The translations under genes were made by a program, and so were the position numbers. The notes beneath the pieces were generated by a model. The model had not been told where the DNA came from. It saw nothing but the letters and a program-made list of their open reading frames with translations, and did not search any database. This document shows, piece after piece, positions 24,612 to 40,200 of a stretch of 64,000 nucleotides of DNA. The DNA lies in the NCBI GenBank assembly GCA_040285855.1, contig JAUFOQ010000005.1, forward strand, positions 2,046,001-2,110,000, in the 5' to 3' direction. The stretch comes from Eukaryota sp. GEM-RC1. Lineage: Eukaryota. The stretch's first letter is position 1. Each line of letters begins with the position of its first letter.

Positions 24612-25905
24612 CTCCGAAAATAAAATACAAAAAATACAAAAAATACAAAAAAATACAAATTTCTAACATAATAATATTTTGTTATTTTCAATTGTTGAAA
24701 TATTAGTAATACCGCTTAAAATCACCAATCATTGTCACTTTCGATCAGCTCTCAATCCTGAGACATGATCAGATTATACTACATTATTATGAGTTTCACC
24801 ACTCTTAGCATCGATCTCAAAGGAACGATACCGAAGCATACACATGAAAGAAGGTGTTTCTAACGTCACGAGTTCGAGTCATCACTAAAGTAGTAAGACA
24901 ACTGGAGATGGTTTGTAAAGACAAAGATGTTCAAACTGCAAACAGACCACTCGTTGAGCTGTTGTCCATCAAAATGATGATATTATTGATGTCTTAATAT
25001 ATATAATCCTTAAAGCAGTTTTATTGATGCAGATACAAACTCTCTGCAAATGAAACTCTCCACTTGAAACAAAACGTCATTCACCGAGGTGTTTCAATTG
25101 GACAGATTATACTGTAATACATCCTGATTTATCACTAGCATTGAGTGTTTACCATTTGCAAAGTTTTAATTAATTAATTTCAATTAAGTTTTAATTATTT
25201 AATTGATTCCCACATCAGAAGTGATTTTTAAATAAATTAAAGAATAAGCGAACGCCGGATTTTTGTCTTCAGTCTTGTCTAAGACGAACTGTAAAGTCTA
25301 AACTTTCACAATGAAGTAAATCATTTATTTTGGAGTTTCTTTAAAGCAATCTTGAAAGCCAAAATGTTTCGACATTGAATTTTGTTCTTTGTCAAGAAAG
25401 AAATCAAGGAGCTGTGATTCAACCCTAGCTCATGACAGTCAGTTTATTGCGATTAATTACAAGACGCTAAAAGGGATTGAATTACAAGCTATACGTCCAG
25501 CAAATGTCATCTTTGTTTCATCAGCACAAATCTATGCCAATCTATGGCGAGGAAATGGTATCTGTGGTCTTTCCAATATTCACTTAAACGGATGTTTTAT
25601 ATATATATATAAATATAACGCTGTATCGAGGAATAACATATAAAGGCTATAGTGTGTCTTTAGTTCAAATTTTTCAGAAGAACAATTCGTTATTCGGTAC
25701 CCAAAATGGTAACCGTCCTACAGAAATGTGAATTCGTAAAAACAATCTAATAACATCTAATAACACTTAGACTAAATCCACACGACTCCTTCCTTAATGC
25801 GGTACCAGATTGCATTTTCAATATCAACTTTCACTCCAAACTTGTACAGCTTCCAATTTAGAGAAGTAGAAAGGCATTGATGGCAGGTTGTTTGACGGAT
25901 AACTA

Positions 25906-26856
25906 TCGTCGAGGTCCCAATACAAGCAACCTTAAATACTATACAAGCATACCCTTTTACTATGCTTGTATTGGAACCTGCTTGTATTAGGGTCCCTTAA
26001 AACTCACTTTTGACTGAACAACTATTGATCACGATAAGTGGACCAACATTGAATTTCAAACCACTTTCTGTCATTCAATATCCTAGTCCATCTTGATCGT
26101 CTAATTCTAAACAAACGATGAACAAAAGTATGTCGTTGTCATCAATTTCTTGATCATTCAAGTGTCTATATAAAAAGCATCTGTTATTGTGCTTGTTAAG
26201 CTGCCAATTGAGATTGCTTCCATCATTTCTTTGATCTCTAATAAATCTTCGGCTTCAAACTGGTCCCTCAGGAATTCTTCTTACTTTTGCAATTATTCAC
26301 CATAGTCAACTCTCTAATAATACACATGAATCTAGTTAATAAATTGTGAAACACAGATTCTTGAAACCATCAAAGAGATTTCATTTCTGAGGATGTCTTG
26401 TATACGATGTGTTTCTAAAGTCATTGTTTCTTCAACAACGATTGTATTCGACAAAATACGAAATATAATAGTGTAACAAATTGAGTCAAGAGCAGAAAAC
26501 AACAAAGAGTAACAATGTTGTTGAACAATAGTTTGATAGACGAACATGTTATATTATTTTGTTCACGTGTTTGTTAATAGATACATGTACTATGTACAAC
26601 AAGTTATCTGACTCAAAGTGACATATCTAATTGACGCGAACGAATTGTGTGAAATTATAAGAGTTGAATGTAGCAGTAGGTAGGTGAAATCAATGAAAAA
26701 TTCCAATGTGGCTTACTGATGTTTTATATCACTGTTCTGAGCTTTTTGAAGAAACATTAGAGTTTACTAAGAGAAACAATACAAGCATACCCTCTACTAT
26801 GCTTTTATTAGGACCTTGCTTGTATTGGAACCTTGCTTGTATTAGGACCTCGACGA
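25906..26856. mobile_element. TA-flanked MITE (Tc1/mariner/pogo-type)
   Basis: TIR TCGTCGAGGTCC(C/T)AATACAAGCAA at both ends; TA at 25904-25905 and 26857-26858; repeated ATACAAGCA/TGCTTGTAT subterminal motifs. Confidence 0.8.
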
Positions 26857-27102
26857 TATGTTAAAGCAAATGAACGTTCTACAATATCGATTTATTATAG
26901 TAAAACAATACCATTAAAATGGAAGGCATGGAATTTATGTCACTATTCACATGAATTTTAGTGTGTCCGTATCTATTATTAAAAGGTAAACCAAATTCTA
27001 AACTAACTAACAGCTCTAAGAAACAAGGATCAAAAGAATTGTAAGATTGCGAAAATGCGGTTAAAATGCAACTATAGATACTGGAACAGATAACACACGC
27101 TG

Positions 27103-28280
27103 CTAATGAAGTTTTGAAACACTAAATGCAAAATGAACGCTAACAATGGATAAAATAGCAAATACATAACGCTCAACATGTACAGAGCTAATACTCAAAC
27201 ACAATAATAGAACAGTTTGAATTATGAGGTGAAAAGACAATGTAAAAAATGATGATGTGATCATTACAATATAAGTAATAAGTGGAAATAAATGAACATT
27301 GGTTCGTTGCAGAACTAATACAGAAACAAGATAGATTGAGTGAGTTAACAACAGAATTGAATCGGAGACTGTTTGAGATGAAACAAGATAACGTTGATGA
27401 AGAGTTCCAAAAATGAAATTGATAGAAATTAGTGCAGAAGTTGTTAGGAATGCGCTGTGGTAGAATTTGAATTGTTTAGTATTTTTAAACAAAACTTTGG
27501 CTGAAAAAACAGATAGCAAAGTGAATAAAAGAACATAAGTGAAGTAAGTTTCATTGTCAAATTTAAACAGTGACAAAACAAACTCAAAGAAAACCAAAAC
27601 GCTTGAAATAGATTTGGTGAAAAGAATTGACAATGATAATATGATGAATAAAAAATTAGTAAATTTAGACATTGATCTAACAATTAAAAGTTGTTGAAAT
27701 TTTGAGGTTACAAAACCGAAAGAGTTGTTCCGCTTTTGTCTTAAAACCACCAATTTGGACATTGACCTATCAGTGAAGAAAACAATGATTAATAATAAAC
27801 AAAATAACAGTACTTTTGTAACTCTATCATCGTCTCCAATGCAGTAAATTCTAGTTGATATAGAATCGTCAGTACAGTATTGACACAAATTTCCATAAGC
27901 ATGACGTGATCTGCAAGAATTCTCTTGACAGTTGAACCATAAATCACACTCATCTAGTTCCCAAGTCTCAGTATTTAATCTAAAACCAGGTTCAATTCCA
28001 GTCAAATTTCCATATCCACATTCAGCTAAATGAGGACAAGGTAAGCAAGAATCTGCAGAATCTAGAGTGTTTAAAGGACAAACACAATAAGTAATATTAG
28101 TAGAAGCAGTTTCAAGAGTAATTCTAGGAAAATGACAAGATCTACAGTCTACATTAAATTCTAAATTTGAATAATAATTTAAAGGACATGGGGCACAATC
28201 ACCAAGAACATTAAATTCCATTCCTGCTGGACATAAACAACCATGTCCAGAATTTATTTTAGGAAAAGGACAATCATTCG
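27103..28280 (-). other. Cys-rich (CxxCP, GCC2/GCC3-like) stalk plus multi-pass TM region of the giant gene
   Basis: CLCPAGM, CAPCPLNYYS, CVCPLN, CLPCPHLAEC, GNLCQYC followed by several hydrophobic helices. Confidence 0.8.
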
Positions 28281-31200
28281 TGATTAGATCGAGAGTCGTT
28301 GATTGATCAAAATAGGAAAGTACAACTGTTACCGATTGAAGTGGGTTACTAATGATTTCCAAGACATCATTGTAGATATGTACTACAACCTGATCGCTAG
28401 TAGAGCTAACCAAAAGTTCAGAATTTGAAATGATTTCGGAAGAATTAAAGAAATGAAGTTGTTGATTTAAAGTAATAGTTGGTCGTAGTAAAGTGCAACA
28501 CTTGTCAAATAACAACTGATGGGTGCATTCAATGTCATCAAATGTATTAATGTTTAAAAACTCCGTGAATTGTTGAACAAATGTAAAATTAGTTTCAACA
28601 AATTTTCCTAGGAATTCAAGTTTTAGATTATGATGTTGGAAATTTGGTCGAAGTTCAAAAAGAATATCAAACTGTCTGAAAGTAAATCAAATGACGTGAA
28701 ATTGAAGGACGAATTTAAAATCGTCACATTTCCGGAGCAATCAACAATAAACCCAACGAAATCCATACACAAAACTGGAATTGAAAAATTGAAACCACCA
28801 GTATCAGTGTACGTATAAAACTCATTAAATACCAACTCAAATGGCTCACTGCGAGTAAAAGTTACTGTATAAGGAACTTTGGAATGAAAACATCTTGGAG
28901 ATGATAAATACAAGGAATAAGACAGTTGAGGAGCCGAAATAAGACGAGATGACTGTGAAACAGAATTTTTAAAAAGTTCAAAGGACGTAAATGTTTCAGT
29001 GTTATATTGCAAATGAATAATTTCTTCTAATTCTTCGCCTAAAGGAGATAATCCTTTGTTGACATCAATCGGAGTAAAACATGAATTTGACTTATACCCG
29101 TAAAACTCCAACTCTAATAGGAATAAATCACGTCGTGGTGTCAGACTTATTTCAAAAACTCCAGGAAGAACGTCATCGATTTCACACATTAAAGCAAAAG
29201 CAAAACCACTGGGAATTTGATTGCAAGAATAGGAAGGTGAACGAGTGTGATTGTTAACCGACAACTGGAACGGAAGAGCAAAATCAAAGTCTTCACAACT
29301 GGAGTTTGTTGTGACGATGACTGTGAAAATATCAAAAGAAGAATTAAAACTAACGGACATACTGTTGTTGAATGATAAAAATTCGGAACAAAATGACACG
29401 TCAACATTGCAACAACGTGATCCATCAAAAATGAAATCACCTGGAATACTAGAAGTATAATGTCTAGTTGAAATCTGAGGATGATGAGGTGCAGATAGGA
29501 AACAAATCTCTTCCAAATAAGCTTCACCATGGACTGTAAAGGAATCAATTAGCAAGTCCTTATAAAAAACAGTGACTGGTACAATTTCTTGAAAAGTAGA
29601 AATGATTACGCCTTTGCAAAACAAAGCAGAATCTACAACTGTTCCTGGAAAGGAGTGAATGTGCACAATACAATTGAATTGAGAGTAGAGAAGTCCTGCG
29701 AAGTCAACACGAATATCACGCGGCTCATAAACACTGACGTGATCTACGCTGTTGAAGTCGGTATTAAATATTTTAATATTGCCAATAATTTGATTACTGA
29801 ATCCAATGTTATTCCAAGACCATTGTAGATCGCTTTCTCCCTGGGAAAAAGCAAAGCCAGTAATGTTAAATGAAAAATGATATACATACGGAAATAAAGC
29901 AAAATCAGAAATGAAGAGTTGAGTCTGGTCGTAAAAAAGAGCTGAATTATTTAAATGAAATTCAGAGAAAAGTACACACTTTGAAAGAATAGAAAAAGAA
30001 ACAAGGACGTCATCAATGGTTGAAAACAACAATGGAGAAGTAAATGAAATAATTGGCGGTAGAACTACTTGGCGGACTAATCGAAAGGTAAAAGAGGACT
30101 CATAATAATGAACAACAAACTGAAAAGTAGATTCACCTTCATTTGAACTAAGAAAAGAAAAAATTAATAAACCAGATGCTGAACTTTGCTCAAATATTTC
30201 ACAATTTGTGATGCACTCTACAGAAACGTAGTAGTTTTGTTTATGGAAGTCAATCATAAATGAATGACGACAATCAACTTCATAGAATTGAGGCAACTGA
30301 TCTCCAATCAAATCAGAAATCACACTCACGTTCTTGGACTCAGTGGAACGATATACCATCATGACCGGATCATTTTCTAATAATTGAAAAACATTAGATC
30401 CAGTTGTCAGAATAATTGATTGACTGCCGTGGGAAAGAAAAATATTTGAAATTTGTTCCAGGAGTAGAAATTCAATTCGAGAGTAAAATTGAATAATTGG
30501 AGGTAATACCAAGTAATCGTCGACTTCAAAAGCCAAATTCAGATCAAAAGTGGAATTAAAGGAGCTTCCCAGAACAGGAAAGAATCCCCTGGAAATGACG
30601 TCAACTTCAAAGGAAACTCCAGTATCTTGAATTTCATGTAAACGACAGTCTAGATCTCCAAAACCAAAACTCTGTTCTATAGCAGAAAACTCATATAAAT
30701 GAATTCCTTCAACTTCAAGAGATATCACGTGGACAATTGAGAAGTCAAACCATTGAATGAATCTGGGGAAAACAGAAACGGGAAATACAATGAAAGGCAA
30801 GTTAAAAATTGGGAAACATCCAAATTCATTACATAATTCAAAATCCTCAACAGATCCAGAAACAACCGAAAAAAACGTAATATGAGCAATAGTAATCGAC
30901 GAATGAAAATCTAATATTTGAATATAATTTGGAATATTTGATGAGATTTGAAAATTGTTCATTGGCACTTCCCCATAGAGACTAAATACCTCTATTTTAC
31001 AAGCTTGGTTCACAAAACAAACAAAAGAAGCATTACGAGCTTCTAATGATGTAATTGGAATAGACAAAATAATGGAAATTCCGGAATTAAAAGTAATATG
31101 TGAGATAAATCGTCTTAGACCGACCAAATCACCAGTCGAAATTGAAACCTCATCTGTTGTTACAGCTTGCACTTGAGCTGCAGCACCTGACATTTGAATA

Positions 31201-34200
31201 GTAGAATTATCAAAACAGTTAAACATTTTGCCCAAATTCGTTCCGAATATTCTCAACAGATTTCCAGAAGGTGACAGAACTAAAGGTAAGAAGCCGTGTC
31301 GTGGCGCTGCTAATTCAAGTTGATATACATTACTGGTTTGATTTCCAATTATTAAAAAAACATGGAAAATATTAGTTTCAACTGAACAAACAAAAGGAAT
31401 ATAGTGGACAATTTCCTCATGAAAATGTGAATCAACACGTGTTGACGCGATTTCAGAAACTAAAGACGAATAGTCAAAACTCGTTGATAGATCTTGACCA
31501 ATAATTGAAAGCTCTCCGTTCAAAAAGAATGGATAAGGAGAAACAAAAGAAATGACAGGCTTTTTGAAGCAGTAAGTAAATGAAATTATTGAAGAATCTG
31601 TTGACCTAGATAACACCAGTTCATGACAACCATGACCTTCAAAGAAAAATAGTTCTAAATTTTTATGATTAGTTGAAGAATACGCAAGACTTTGATTGAT
31701 CGAAGCAGTTGAATGATGAATAACAATGAGATATAACCCAAGATTAAAAGCAAACAATGGTACAAATCCACCTCTAGTTGGAGGTTCTAGACTAACAAAC
31801 TCAATAGGACAAATAGGGATGGATAGCTGGTCGGAAAAAGAGTTTTCAGCAATTGAAAAATTTAAATAAATTGAACTATTTGATGGATTAAATGTTATGA
31901 TATCACTAACTGAAAAGTCAATAGACTTCAATTGAAAAATAAAAGTAAATTCATTTTGCCGATTTACAGATAAATCAAGATAAGGTTCAAGAAAATGAAC
32001 ATGATTATACAGTAAAGATATTTGGCAGGATGATGTGTTGCAACACTGTTTGGAAGGAGAGATTGACAAATTTGAGAATAAACGAGAAAGATCCAGAAAT
32101 TTCGAAGATATTTCAGACAGTGGGTCAACTAAAACATATTTTGAAACAATTGGATAACCAGAAGACAATGTAAGGGACGAATTTCTAACTGTTAGAGTTG
32201 ACAAAAACACAACTTTAGATGCTTGTGAATATTCAAGGTATGAGCTGGTAATATCGAAATCAGACTTAAAATCTGTTTGATACATACACCCAGAAAATTT
32301 AAAACCGTTGATAGCAACATATGAATTATCAATTGCAAAAAGGGACTGTTGGTAGAATCAATACCTACAGTTGAAACACATTCTTGAATTGAAACTTCAG
32401 ATAAATCGACATCAGAGTGCAACAGATTGAATATCGACACAGAATCAAAGGAATTGATTGACAAAACGTGAACATCAAAAGCAGATCCATAAATATTAAA
32501 AAGTCCAAATGATTTAACATTATTTACAACCCATAAGGATATAAAAAGGACGAATCGTTAACAGTCATAAAAGTGTCACTTAAAGTTAAATACATAAATG
32601 ATACAGTATTTGACTGAAGAAAAGTTTTCGTACAGTTAAAAACCGAATTTGAAAGTAAATTTGAAAAATTACCACCCTCGAGAGTCAATGATGAATTAGT
32701 CGAATGGAAGAAATTATAACACTTGATGTGGTTAACACTGAGTTGAGTAGTAGTCAAATTTGAGGAATTGATATCAAACGTATTAGCAGCCAAATAATTT
32801 TTCAAAGACGAAGTGGTGTTTAAAATATGCACCCTGTGGAGAATTGAAACACTATTAAATGAATGCAGAAAGACAGTTGAAACGTTAAAGAATTCTGAAT
32901 CAAGAATAGTGAAGCTAGAAGATGCAATGTAATAGAGAATATCAGCATTACTGGACGAAATTTCCACATGTAGACACGAAATTGTGCTATCAGTAGAATT
33001 GATCATTGTAATATCCATGACATCAGCATAGAAATTTGACAGAACAATCCTGGAATTAGAAGCGATGAAAACAGATGACGGCAAAATTGATATGATAAAG
33101 GAAACACTTTGAAGATCAACAAGATTCAGATCAACAACACTTCCATAAGACTTAATAACAGCCGCTAGTTTACTATTAACAAAACTGAGAGACATAGTAT
33201 TTAAAACCGAATTAGTAACCATCGCGAAAGTATCCTCAATTGACACGTTCTCAAACAAAAGATCTGACAAAAACACATGAGAGTTATGAGACAATATAAC
33301 TGAATTGATTTGTGATCCGACAAATGAAAGACTCTGACAGTAAAGATGGGAGAGGTCTAGTTTAATTAAAAGAAAAAGGTCAATATTTACGGAGGCCACG
33401 TTGTCTATTTGAATTGTAGAGTTAAACAGTTGAACAAGACTTGTACTAGACTGGACCTCAATTAACCTGAAATTAAATAGTGAGCCTGAAGAATTACATA
33501 GAATAAGGAAGCTGGAACTGGTATACTGGTCTAGCAACAAATTATCACATGTGATAGTTGATGACGTTGCATAAATAGTAGAATTACCAGAAGGCGAATA
33601 GAAACTGGAAATAGAAGCATTCAACAATGATGAATGTGAAGAGTACAATACAACAAGCCAATCAGCAGCGGAATTGTCAATGATTAAATCAATGAAAGTA
33701 ATATATGAAGTATAAGAACTTAAAAGAGAAGAAGTCAAATGAGTAGCTGTCAATTGCGAGACAATAGTAGTTGAAGAATACAACTCAATTAGGGAAATAT
33801 TGTTGTTAAAAGGACCACATATATAAATATCTTGAAGACTAACAGTACTATTTGAAATGTTAAACAGAGAAGTAATCAGCTTATTAGTAGGTCCAAAATT
33901 AATCAAAGACAGATTCAATCGTGATTGAAAAATCCGAGATAGTACAAAAACTTCTGTTTTGTGGACATACATGTTTTGAACATGTAGTTCTGTTTGTTGT
34001 GATTCAAATAAAGCAGATATTGCGGTACTGTCTAAAATTTGAAAATTTGTCAAAAGACCACGGAATATTTCGTTGCCAAAAATGATTGAGTGGTGACGTT
34101 GGCCAGTTCAGTAGTAATGATATTCAATTTAGAATTGTCGGAGTAGAAAACTATGCCAGATATCGAGTCTACTATGTTGATGTGGTCCACTGTACATGAA

Positions 34201-37200
34201 CTCGATGCCGATAAATAAAAAATATCAGACGAATCGATGAAATGAAATTTTGGAAGAAATAATTGTAGCCGAGAATTTCTTACTTCCAGAAGATTTGAAG
34301 CTCTAATGGAATAGAACGAGACATTGTTGAAGGAAATAGAAGAATCATCAAATGAAAACAATGACGAGTTAACAACGATATTTGAAATATCAGCAGACCA
34401 TATAGTCAGAGTTGAGAACAAAGTAGTACCAAGTGAATGTGAATTAATCGACCCAATGGTAGTATTTGAGAGGGTTCCGTTAACATATTTAATATCAAAA
34501 GAGTGCAACTTAGTGAGCTAAAAGAGACAAGATCACAATCAAAGGTAGAACGTGTAAGAGCAATCAAAGGATGATTGCTGGAAGTGGAAAGTCCGTCAAA
34601 GTAGACCTTGCGGGAAAGAACAGAAACATCATGACCAATCAAAAATGATTGGAATGACACAACAGAGGAATTGAAGACAACGTCATCAAGATCAAATTTG
34701 GAACAATTCATATGACAAAAATTCCGAAACATCACACCAACAATTTCAATCAGACTGATAGTAATATCAGAATTGATCGCGGTCATCAGTGACTGGGAAA
34801 ACTCAAGTTCAACGAAAGAATTGCTGAAGAGATAGAAAGAAGAAGAATTTAAAAAGGCAAAACTAACACTACTTGAATTTTGGAAGTGCAGAAACTCCAA
34901 CAAAACAACAGAGCCACTGATAGAGAAAACAGATCCACCAGTGTTGGAGGAAAATTCAGACCCTGTAAACGTCACATTGGAAAGATTTTGGATGATAACC
35001 AACACGTCAGCTGTTGTGGAATGAAAAACACTATCAGATAGATACACATCAGAGTCAGAAACAAACAAGGCAAAAGGAACGTTGGAATTTTGTAAAGACA
35101 CCTTAGACATGTTTACTAATGAAGAATTGAATGAAAATATCGATGACTTAATTCCAGACAGAAAGAAAGAAATAACTGTTAATTCTGAGTGAACAAAGAT
35201 GAATAACGGAGTACTAGCAACAGACATATCATAAAGAGTAATTGACTGTAGAAGTACTATGCAGTTTCTAGAGTATATAAGGTCATTTGAAAGTTGCAAA
35301 TCATGTTCTTGAAAGTCACGTATGGTGATATTACTGTTAACAGTATCGAAAACAGTCACAGCTTGGACTTCAGATAAGAAAATTGTATCAATGAGCAAAG
35401 ATACGGTATTCAACTCAAACAATGCATCCAAGGTGGAGTCATTAACAAGTAAGTTGTTCATAGATCCGTTGCATTGTAGACACGTCAAGAATAAGTTAGC
35501 ATTGCATTGTATAAGTGTAATTTTGAGTAGATCTAGGTAGGAATCAAATGCATTGAAAATAGATGATCCAGAAAAACGAGAAATTAGTACTGTTTGTAGG
35601 GAAACATTTGTAGAATCGCAATAAAACAAATTGTTACCAACTTGGTCCACAATTGAATCTATCAAAACAAATGACACTCGATTCAAGTTGAATAGAAAAA
35701 CATCTCCAACATCATTAGAATTATGTAAACTGTTATCAGACACAGAAAGATCCAGTGACACTAGAGTTGCAGTTGAAGATTTAGCCAACATAAACTCAGA
35801 AGAGATAATTGAATCATTCAATTTAAAAGAACTAATTTCCAAAGTTGATTGTGAAAGTTCAAAAAAACGAAATGTAAAAGAGGATGAAGAATAAAAATCC
35901 TTGAGATTTACAACTGATAACGACCCATTAAAGACTGTTACGCTTTGTACATCATGTGATTGAAATTGACGGACAAACACGTGTGTCTTTTCCATTTGGA
36001 AAACACGATTAACATTTGAGTGTGAAATTAAAGCATCAGCAACAATCAGATGGGACTGAACAACATGAAAGACGGCATCTGATTGGACACCCAATAAATT
36101 GACAAACTCAATAGCGGAAGAGTTTACGTTGTTTAAAACAAACACTGGACCACTTGAATAAGAAAGATTAATATTACTTGCAGTTAACGAACCGTTAATC
36201 TGAGTAAAAAGTCCAAAAGAATCATCAAAACGTGTGGATTTACATGTGATGAAATTAATGAAGATAGTGGAATCAATTGAGAAAAGGAAAGCATCTGAAA
36301 TTCCAACGTTTTCTAATGTAAAGTCATTAACTACAATGCTTGAGTTTTGAACCAGATAAACGTGATCTACTGACGTATTAGTCAAAAGAAGATCTGTAAA
36401 TGTAAGATCAGTATCAATTAAATCAAATAAATCACTCACAATTGAGTTGTCGACAAGAAGCTGATGACAAACACCAGTCGAATCTTTTAAATCTAGAAGA
36501 TTATTTAATTCTGAGGTGAAGACTGAGACATCAGTTAGATTGAGTCTTGTGTTTTGAGCTGCAATCACTGTATCGCTAAAAGAACCATAAATATTTAAAT
36601 GTTTAACATCCATGAATTCCACGTTAAATATTAAGAAAAGAGTTCCAGATATACCATAAACATCCATAAAGACTCCATGAACGTTACCCCTAGTAATATT
36701 GAAACAAATGTCACAAGACACATCAAAAGTGGTAACATCTGTTAATTCTAAAACGCTAGTAACTGATTCAATCAATGACGTGCAATTAATATTTCGATAT
36801 GAATTGTTTAGGAGTAGGATATTTGAGTTGACTGTATATATGATGGAAGAAGCAGTCTCCACATCAAACATACTCAAGTTGGACAAAATAATGTCAGAAT
36901 TTTCAGACAATACGAATTGATCGAAAAGAACCATCGGCGAAACAGAAATATCATGAAGATTGAGCGTGCTTGATTTAAGTGTAAAAACAACCGGAGTGTT
37001 GACAGATTCAAATAGAAACTCATTGTGACTAATGTCACTGTGATAAAGATCAAATATATCAATAGAGAAGTTGGAATTTGAACAAAACGTATTATTGAGC
37101 AGAAGGTCAGACCTTATCAATTGGAAAAGTATTTCAGACTGAATATTTAAAAAATAACTGTCCAAGAGCTCAAGGCCAGAACTGACTAGAATGATAGAAG

Positions 37201-40200
37201 AAGTTGAAACAAGCCCACTGACAGTGACATTGATAAACAGTAACTGAGAAGCATTTGCGTTCAAGAAATTTAACGAATTCAACTCAAAAACGCAATTGGA
37301 GAGGAAAACTGTAGAAGAATCAGCAGCAATGGTGGAACTACCAGTATCATGAAAGACGGTAGAATTACTAAGTTGAAAAGATGAATCAGACAGAGAAAAA
37401 CAAATTAACGATGTACAACAGATATCAATATTTGATAGTGTGAAGTTAGAAAGCAGAATCTCAAACAAAGTCTCACCCATTCCTTCAATCATTACATCAC
37501 CAATACCAATCACTTCCCAATCAACATCACTGACGGATCCTGATCTTTCACTAAAGGAATAGCTTCCTTCATAGAAATAAATTCGGCCTTTTCTTCCCAT
37601 TGTTCCAATGACTCCTTTAAAAGAAGCACAAGGATTACTTGAGGTTCCACAACAAGGATCATCATTACAAGTGGGAGAAATATAAGACAGTTCGTTTAAA
37701 TGATCACCATAGTTAATAAACGATCCATATACTGAAGTAGAAGTGTAATTGACTTTGAAAATAGATGAACATGTGGACTTTACTGAAGTAAATTTACCAA
37801 CAAGATTGGCAGAATCAATAAGTAAAAACTGTAGCCCACTCCAATAATTAAAAGGTTCAAACTCTATTTCCAGTATTCCATCTAAATAAACAGAGGAACC
37901 AACAATTATCTGAGTAGATGTACTGTTATCAATTAGTTGAAGAAAAATATTAGAAGAATTTGAGAGAGAAAGGTTATCATCAAAAACTATTAAGGGTAAT
38001 GGAATGATTTGTCCTTGGTGTGAGGTGTTATCGAAAACAACACCGAATCCTTTTAACATTTGTAAAGGTAAAAAATCTAAATTTTGTGTCAAAAGTAACA
38101 TGGCATCAGAAAGAAACACGTTCGATGAAGGAGAAAAAGAAACAGAAGAAAACGTAACAAAATTTTTGAGGAGAACATCAGAATAGCAAGTAATTGATCC
38201 ACTAGAAGATGACTGGAATTCTGAAATTGACACATCATCAAGAATTACGTGACTGAAGAAATCAAATGAATGAGAATAATTGAACTTCTCCAGAGACTGA
38301 AGAAGTAGTAACTGATTCTTGAAAAGAAACGGGAGAAGAAAAATTTCCATAATTAATGTTGGACACTGACACTACTTCAAACAAAGAATTTCCGAGCAGT
38401 TGACAATGTAAACAATGTAAAGAAATTACATTTACATCATTAGTAGACGACGATTCAAATGTTGAAGAAGATAAACTTAAAATATGGATGTTTAAAAATG
38501 CCATATCAGTCTGAAAACGACTATTGGTTGCAATCAAACTAAAATTTGATGATGAGAAAACAACTGAGTCATCCAACAAAAATTCACTTGAGTTTAAAAT
38601 TAACAAAAAGGCAGGAATCTCAAATTTTGAGTCATGTGTAACGATCACGGAAGAATTCTTGCTGAAGTGGAATGTTTTCAAAAATCCAACAATTTTGTCT
38701 TTGGATTGATCAATTGGAGAAGTTATAAGAAACGATTTCATAAATAAAGAAGAGTCAGAAACAAGAAAAACGTCACCTCCACAGAAATTTAAAATAGAAA
38801 CATTTTGTAGAGCTATAGTAGTAGATTCTAGAAGAAATAGATTTCCATTGAATTTTGTTAAAACTGAATTTTTCAAAACAAAGGATCCACCACTCAAGTC
38901 GAATAGGTAAGACTCAAAATTGAGTAGGTTTACTAAATTACAGTCATTAACAACAATACTTGAATTTTGAATCAGATAAACGTGACCTACTGAAGAATTA
39001 GTAAAAAGTAGATCTGTAAAGGTAAAATCGATATCAGTTAAAGCAAATGAATCACTCACAATTGAGGTGTCGACAAGAAGCTGACGACAAACACCAGACG
39101 AATCGTAAAAATCTAGAAGATTATTTAATTCTGAGGTGAAGACTGAGACATCAGTTAGATTGAGTGTTGTGTTTTGAGCTGCAATCAGTGTATCGCTAAA
39201 AGAACCATAAATATTTAAATGTTCAACATCCATGAAGTCCACCTTAAAAATGAGGAAGAGTGATCCAGATGTGTCAAAAACATCCATAAAGTATACAACG
39301 ACGTTTCCACCAACTATATAGAAACAAACGTCACAGGACATATTGGAAACAACAATTTCTGTTAATTCTAAAATACTAGTAACTGCTTCAATTAGGGATT
39401 TACAGTTGATATTCCGATAGAAATTGTTTTGGAGTAGAATATTTGAGTTGACCGAATATATAACAGACTTGGCGGTATAAAAGTCAAACAAATTGAAATT
39501 GTTCAAAACGGTGGTAGAATTTTCACATGATAAAAACTCGTCTTCAAACAACATTGATGAGACAGTGACTTCATGTAGATCAAGTGAGCTAGATGTGAGC
39601 CGAAATGCTGCAGAATGATCACTACTGATGGCTGAACCACCAGAGTTATGAAAGATCGTAGAATTACGGAGAAATACAGTAGAGTTAGAAACAGAAAAAC
39701 AAATTAAAGACGAACAACGGACGTCTAAGTTTGACAATGAAAAGTTTGAAAACTGAATTTCAATTAGAGTAGTTTCCATTCCTTCAATGATCACGTCACC
39801 AAGACCAATCACTTCCCAATCAACGTCACTTACCTTCCCCAATCCTAGATTAAGTGAGTAAATTCCTTCATGGAAATAGATCTTACCTTTTCTTCCCATT
39901 CTTTCTAAAACTCCTTTGAAAGAAGCACAAGGACTACTAAAAGTTCCACAACAAGGATCATCAATACCACTGGTGGAAACGTAAGAAACTTCATTTAAAT
40001 GCTTGACGTAGTTGTCCAAAGATCCAAATACTGAAGTTGAAGTATAGCTGACCTCAAAAATAGACGTACATGTGGCTTTCAGCGAAGTGAATTTACCAAC
40101 AAGACTGGCAGAATCAAGAAGTAAATAAAGATGATCGCTCCAATAGTTGAAGGGATCAAACTCAACTTCCAGTATTCCGTATAGATTCACAGAAGAATCA

